A stretch of DNA of 32,000 nucleotides from Methanothermobacter thermautotrophicus str. Delta H (GTDB lineage: Archaea > Methanobacteriota > Methanobacteria > Methanobacteriales > Methanothermobacteraceae). The notes under the pieces were generated by a model. That model ran no database searches. It saw nothing but the letters and a program-made list of their open reading frames with translations, and was not told the origin of the DNA. The first letter of the stretch is position 1; each line of letters opens with the position of its first letter. Below, piece after piece: positions 29,641 to 32,000 of the stretch. The position numbers were made by a program, and so were the translations under genes. The stretch is from positions 1,110,001-1,142,000 of the forward strand of contig NC_000916.1 of NCBI RefSeq assembly GCF_000008645.1, read 5' to 3'.

Positions 29641-29871
29641 TTATCCGCGTCCAAATAATATCCTGCCTGCCATTATACCCGCTGCTGCAGCCACAAATCC
29701 CGTGGCGATGGGTAGGTCCGTGTAGTAAGGGAATGGACCAAGGTTCCAGGCCACGAGGATGAGGGCCAGGATCAACACTATGTAGGATGACGGCGGGAAA
29801 GTGTCATCCCTTACCCTGCTTCCGAGTATGAATCCCAGTATGAATCCAAAGATTATTGGTCCTGCAAACAT
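29641..29871 (-). CDS. ehbJ: Small Ehb membrane subunit
   Basis: 76-aa hydrophobic ORF in frame-packed operon between ehbI and ehbK. Confidence 0.75.
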   Translation of the reverse strand: MFAGPIIFGFILGFILGSRVRDDTFPPSSYIVLILALILVAWNLGPFPYYTDLPIATGFVAAAAGIMAGRILFGRG

Positions 29872-29885
29872 TTCTCAACTCCCCT

Positions 29886-30347
29886 CTATTCGGTGACCTC
29901 TTCACCCCTGAACTCCATGAAGGTTATAACAATTGCACTGAGACCCACCATGACCTTCAGGCCCACCACGATGTTCAGGTAGGGTATTATACCTGCATCT
30001 GTGGGGTCGGGATAGTTGAAGAACCCGCTGACGGCATGAGATACTCCGTACAGGTCAACTCCCAGGTTGTAGAGGAAGAAGCCTGAGAATAAGAGACCGC
30101 AGAGCCCAAGACCAACATATCCGAGGGCTACTATGCTCTCCATTGCAGACATGAATTCATGGGAAAACTGGAAGGGGCTCCTTTCAATTCCATAGACAAC
30201 TGCACAGAATATGAACCCTGCTGCAACCATGGCACCGCCCTGGAATCCTCCGCCGGGTGTTATGTGCCCTCCCAGTACTGTGAGGATTCCCAGACACATT
30301 ATGAATATGGCTGCAGGGAATGCGAATATCTTAAGTATGGTACTCAT
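29886..30347 (-). CDS. ehbI: Ehb subunit, MnhB/MbhF-like
   Basis: [28 protein letters not shown] is the MnhB-domain signature. Confidence 0.85.
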   Translation of the reverse strand: MSTILKIFAFPAAIFIMCLGILTVLGGHITPGGGFQGGAMVAAGFIFCAVVYGIERSPFQFSHEFMSAMESIVALGYVGLGLCGLLFSGFFLYNLGVDLYGVSHAVSGFFNYPDPTDAGIIPYLNIVVGLKVMVGLSAIVITFMEFRGEEVTE

Positions 30348-30652
30348 CTCTCCTTCCCTCCCTTATCTGAACTCCCAATCTGAACCTTACCCCTTCCAAA
30401 GACCAGAAGGGTTACCAGTACCGCCGTGACGAGTATAAGGGCCTCCCCCAGGGTATCGTAGGCCCTCCAGTCAAACACCACAACGGTGACCATGTTGGGG
30501 GCTATCTTTGTCCCAATGTAGTTGTATATGATGCTTATGCCAGGGTTTATCATCCCGCTAAGGTCTATTATGGCGTCGAAGAGTGTGACTCCAAAGAGTC
30601 CGAGTGCCACTGTAGCCATTAGACCCCTCAGTGATTCAGACACCGGCACCAC
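30344..30652 (-). CDS. ehbH: Ehb membrane subunit
   Basis: [33 protein letters not shown] matches antiporter-accessory (MbhE/MrpA C-term-like) sequences. Confidence 0.78.
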   Translation of the reverse strand: MVPVSESLRGLMATVALGLFGVTLFDAIIDLSGMINPGISIIYNYIGTKIAPNMVTVVVFDWRAYDTLGEALILVTAVLVTLLVFGRGKVQIGSSDKGGKER

Positions 30653-30968
30653 CCCAGTAGAATATGGATACCAGTATTCCCAGTGTCAGGAGTACGTAGA
30701 ACATCATTGTGCTGAAACCATCCCCCTGTTCGGTCCTGAGCCTCGCCGACACTGGAAACGATGTCAGCAGAACCGCTGCAAGTAAGAGAACCGCGATGAC
30801 CATGAGGATGAAGTTCAGCTTCCTGAGCATCACCGCGGCTATGAGGACCGCTGAGATGAATGTTATCTCGGCTGTGAGGGCGGCTGAGACTGAGATGTTG
30901 CTCTCACCGTCCCCCCTCTCTCCTGTAACCTTCCTTATCCTGTTGATTATCTCATCATAGAAGTTCAT
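30636..30968 (-). CDS. ehbG: Ehb membrane subunit
   Basis: Hydrophobic ORF between ehbF and ehbH; start ATG 30968 behind AGGGGATG. Confidence 0.7.
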   Translation of the reverse strand: MNFYDEIINRIRKVTGERGDGESNISVSAALTAEITFISAVLIAAVMLRKLNFILMVIAVLLLAAVLLTSFPVSARLRTEQGDGFSTMMFYVLLTLGILVSIFYWGGAGV

Positions 30969-30979
30969 TCCATCCCCTC

Positions 30980-32000
30980 TCATATTATAAGACCCTGTAT
31001 GAGTGCCGTGAACTGTGAGGTTGCAAGCCATGGTGCGATTCCAAGGACGGTGCAGATTATGATGAGCACCACCATTGAGAAGACCGTTGACCTGGGCACG
31101 GACCTGGATTCCAGCTCCATCCCCCTGGGCTCCGGTTTGAGGTAAACCGAATAGAAGGCTCTCATGAATGTCATGAAGGTTACTATGCTGAGGAGTATCA
31201 TGAGGATACCGAGCTCAGGGACCCCTGCCTGAATCGCTGCCTGGATCAGGCGCAGTTTGCTCTGGAATACATTGAATGGTGGCACCCCTGCCATTATGAA
31301 CCCTGAAAGCATCACAAGACCTGCAAGTCCTGGCTTATATGCCAGGAGACCTCCCATGGCCTCCGGGTCTGTTTTACCCGTCATGTAGAATATGGTTCCA
31401 AAGCCCAAGAATATGCATGCCGTTATCAGGGCCTCGTTCACTGCCTGGAATAGTCCGGCTGATATGCTGGCGGCTGTTCCAAGGCCAAGGCCTATCCCTA
31501 TGTATCCCAGCTCCCCCACTGCAAGGAAACCTATCATCCTCCTCAGATCGGTCTGCATGAGTGCCATGCTTATACCCAGGACCATCCCCGCCAGGGAGAA
31601 GAACACCATCACCCACCTCACGAGGGGGACATGGTAGAACATTCTGAGTATCACAATGGCCAGGGCCGTGAATGTGAACACAGAGAAGGCCTGGAGGAGT
31701 GCTGATCCATGTGGGAGGGCCTTGCTGTAGATGGCAGATTTTATTGTGTGGAAGGGTGGCAATCCTGTCCCGTAGAGCCACCCGAAGATTAGCAGTGCTG
31801 ATGCCAGGAGGAACAGTGGACTTCCCGGGTTAACGAGACCGCTCCTCATTGAGTACACAATATCAGATATGTTCACGTTACCTGTCAGAGCCAGAAGGAT
31901 GCCCACACCCAGCAGCAGCATGGGGACCGCAACCCCACCTATCATCATGTACTTGAGGGCGGTTTCATAGTTACGCTCCACCCCCGAGCAGAGGACCACA
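30980..32000 (-). CDS. ehbF: Ehb ion-translocating subunit, NuoL/N/MrpD-like (partial, 5' end outside window)
   Basis: [43 protein letters not shown]-type pattern and [18 protein letters not shown]. Confidence 0.85.
   Translation of the reverse strand, partial: VVLCSGVERNYETALKYMMIGGVAVPMLLLGVGILLALTGNVNISDIVYSMRSGLVNPGSPLFLLASALLIFGWLYGTGLPPFHTIKSAIYSKALPHGSALLQAFSVFTFTALAIVILRMFYHVPLVRWVMVFFSLAGMVLGISMALMQTDLRRMIGFLAVGELGYIGIGLGLGTAASISAGLFQAVNEALITACIFLGFGTIFYMTGKTDPEAMGGLLAYKPGLAGLVMLSGFIMAGVPPFNVFQSKLRLIQAAIQAGVPELGILMILLSIVTFMTFMRAFYSVYLKPEPRGMELESRSVPRSTVFSMVVLIIICTVLGIAPWLATSQFTALIQGLII

Noticed and set aside
24216-32000. Ehb operon as a possible novel complex
   Set aside because: Subunit order and motifs match the known Ehb energy-converting hydrogenase of Methanothermobacter; ordinary for this genus apart from the polyferredoxin spacing noted above.

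Overview
The window is a gene-dense archaeal chromosome segment. It looks like Methanothermobacter, close to M. thermautotrophicus: PolB is split, there is an RNA ligase with KMNG at Lys97, and an ehb operon is present. From left to right it holds: a sulfopyruvate decarboxylase-like C-terminus; the N-terminal part of a split family-B DNA polymerase; a small AT-rich accessory pocket with a PUA/ASCH-like (DUF365-type) ORF and a DUF1802-like::Mrr endonuclease fusion; an AI-2E-family permease; pyrK-pyrD; nop5-fibrillarin; coaBC; a KH-domain gene; a lipoprotein and a coiled-coil membrane protein; pheA; an Rnl3-type RNA ligase; five tandem CBS-domain genes; queE and a PTPS/QueD homolog; DUF366-like and DUF296-like genes; a nucleotidyltransferase; hom; a Cas4/RecB-like protein with a degenerate active site; and the ehbQ-F part of the Ehb hydrogenase operon. 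No CRISPR array, rRNA, tRNA or transposase was recognised. The best leads for something new are: (1) the DUF365-like + DUF1802-Mrr pair; (2) the packed cluster of CBS genes, RNA ligase and pheA, with a palindrome in its promoter and a probable CTG-initiated pheA; (3) the Cas4-like protein that keeps its Cys cluster but has lost nuclease residues; (4) a 40-bp near-perfect hairpin downstream of fibrillarin; (5) two tail duplications at gene ends; (6) a one-base frameshift that separates a lipoprotein from its signal peptide. Family calls were made by eye from motifs; no database search was run.
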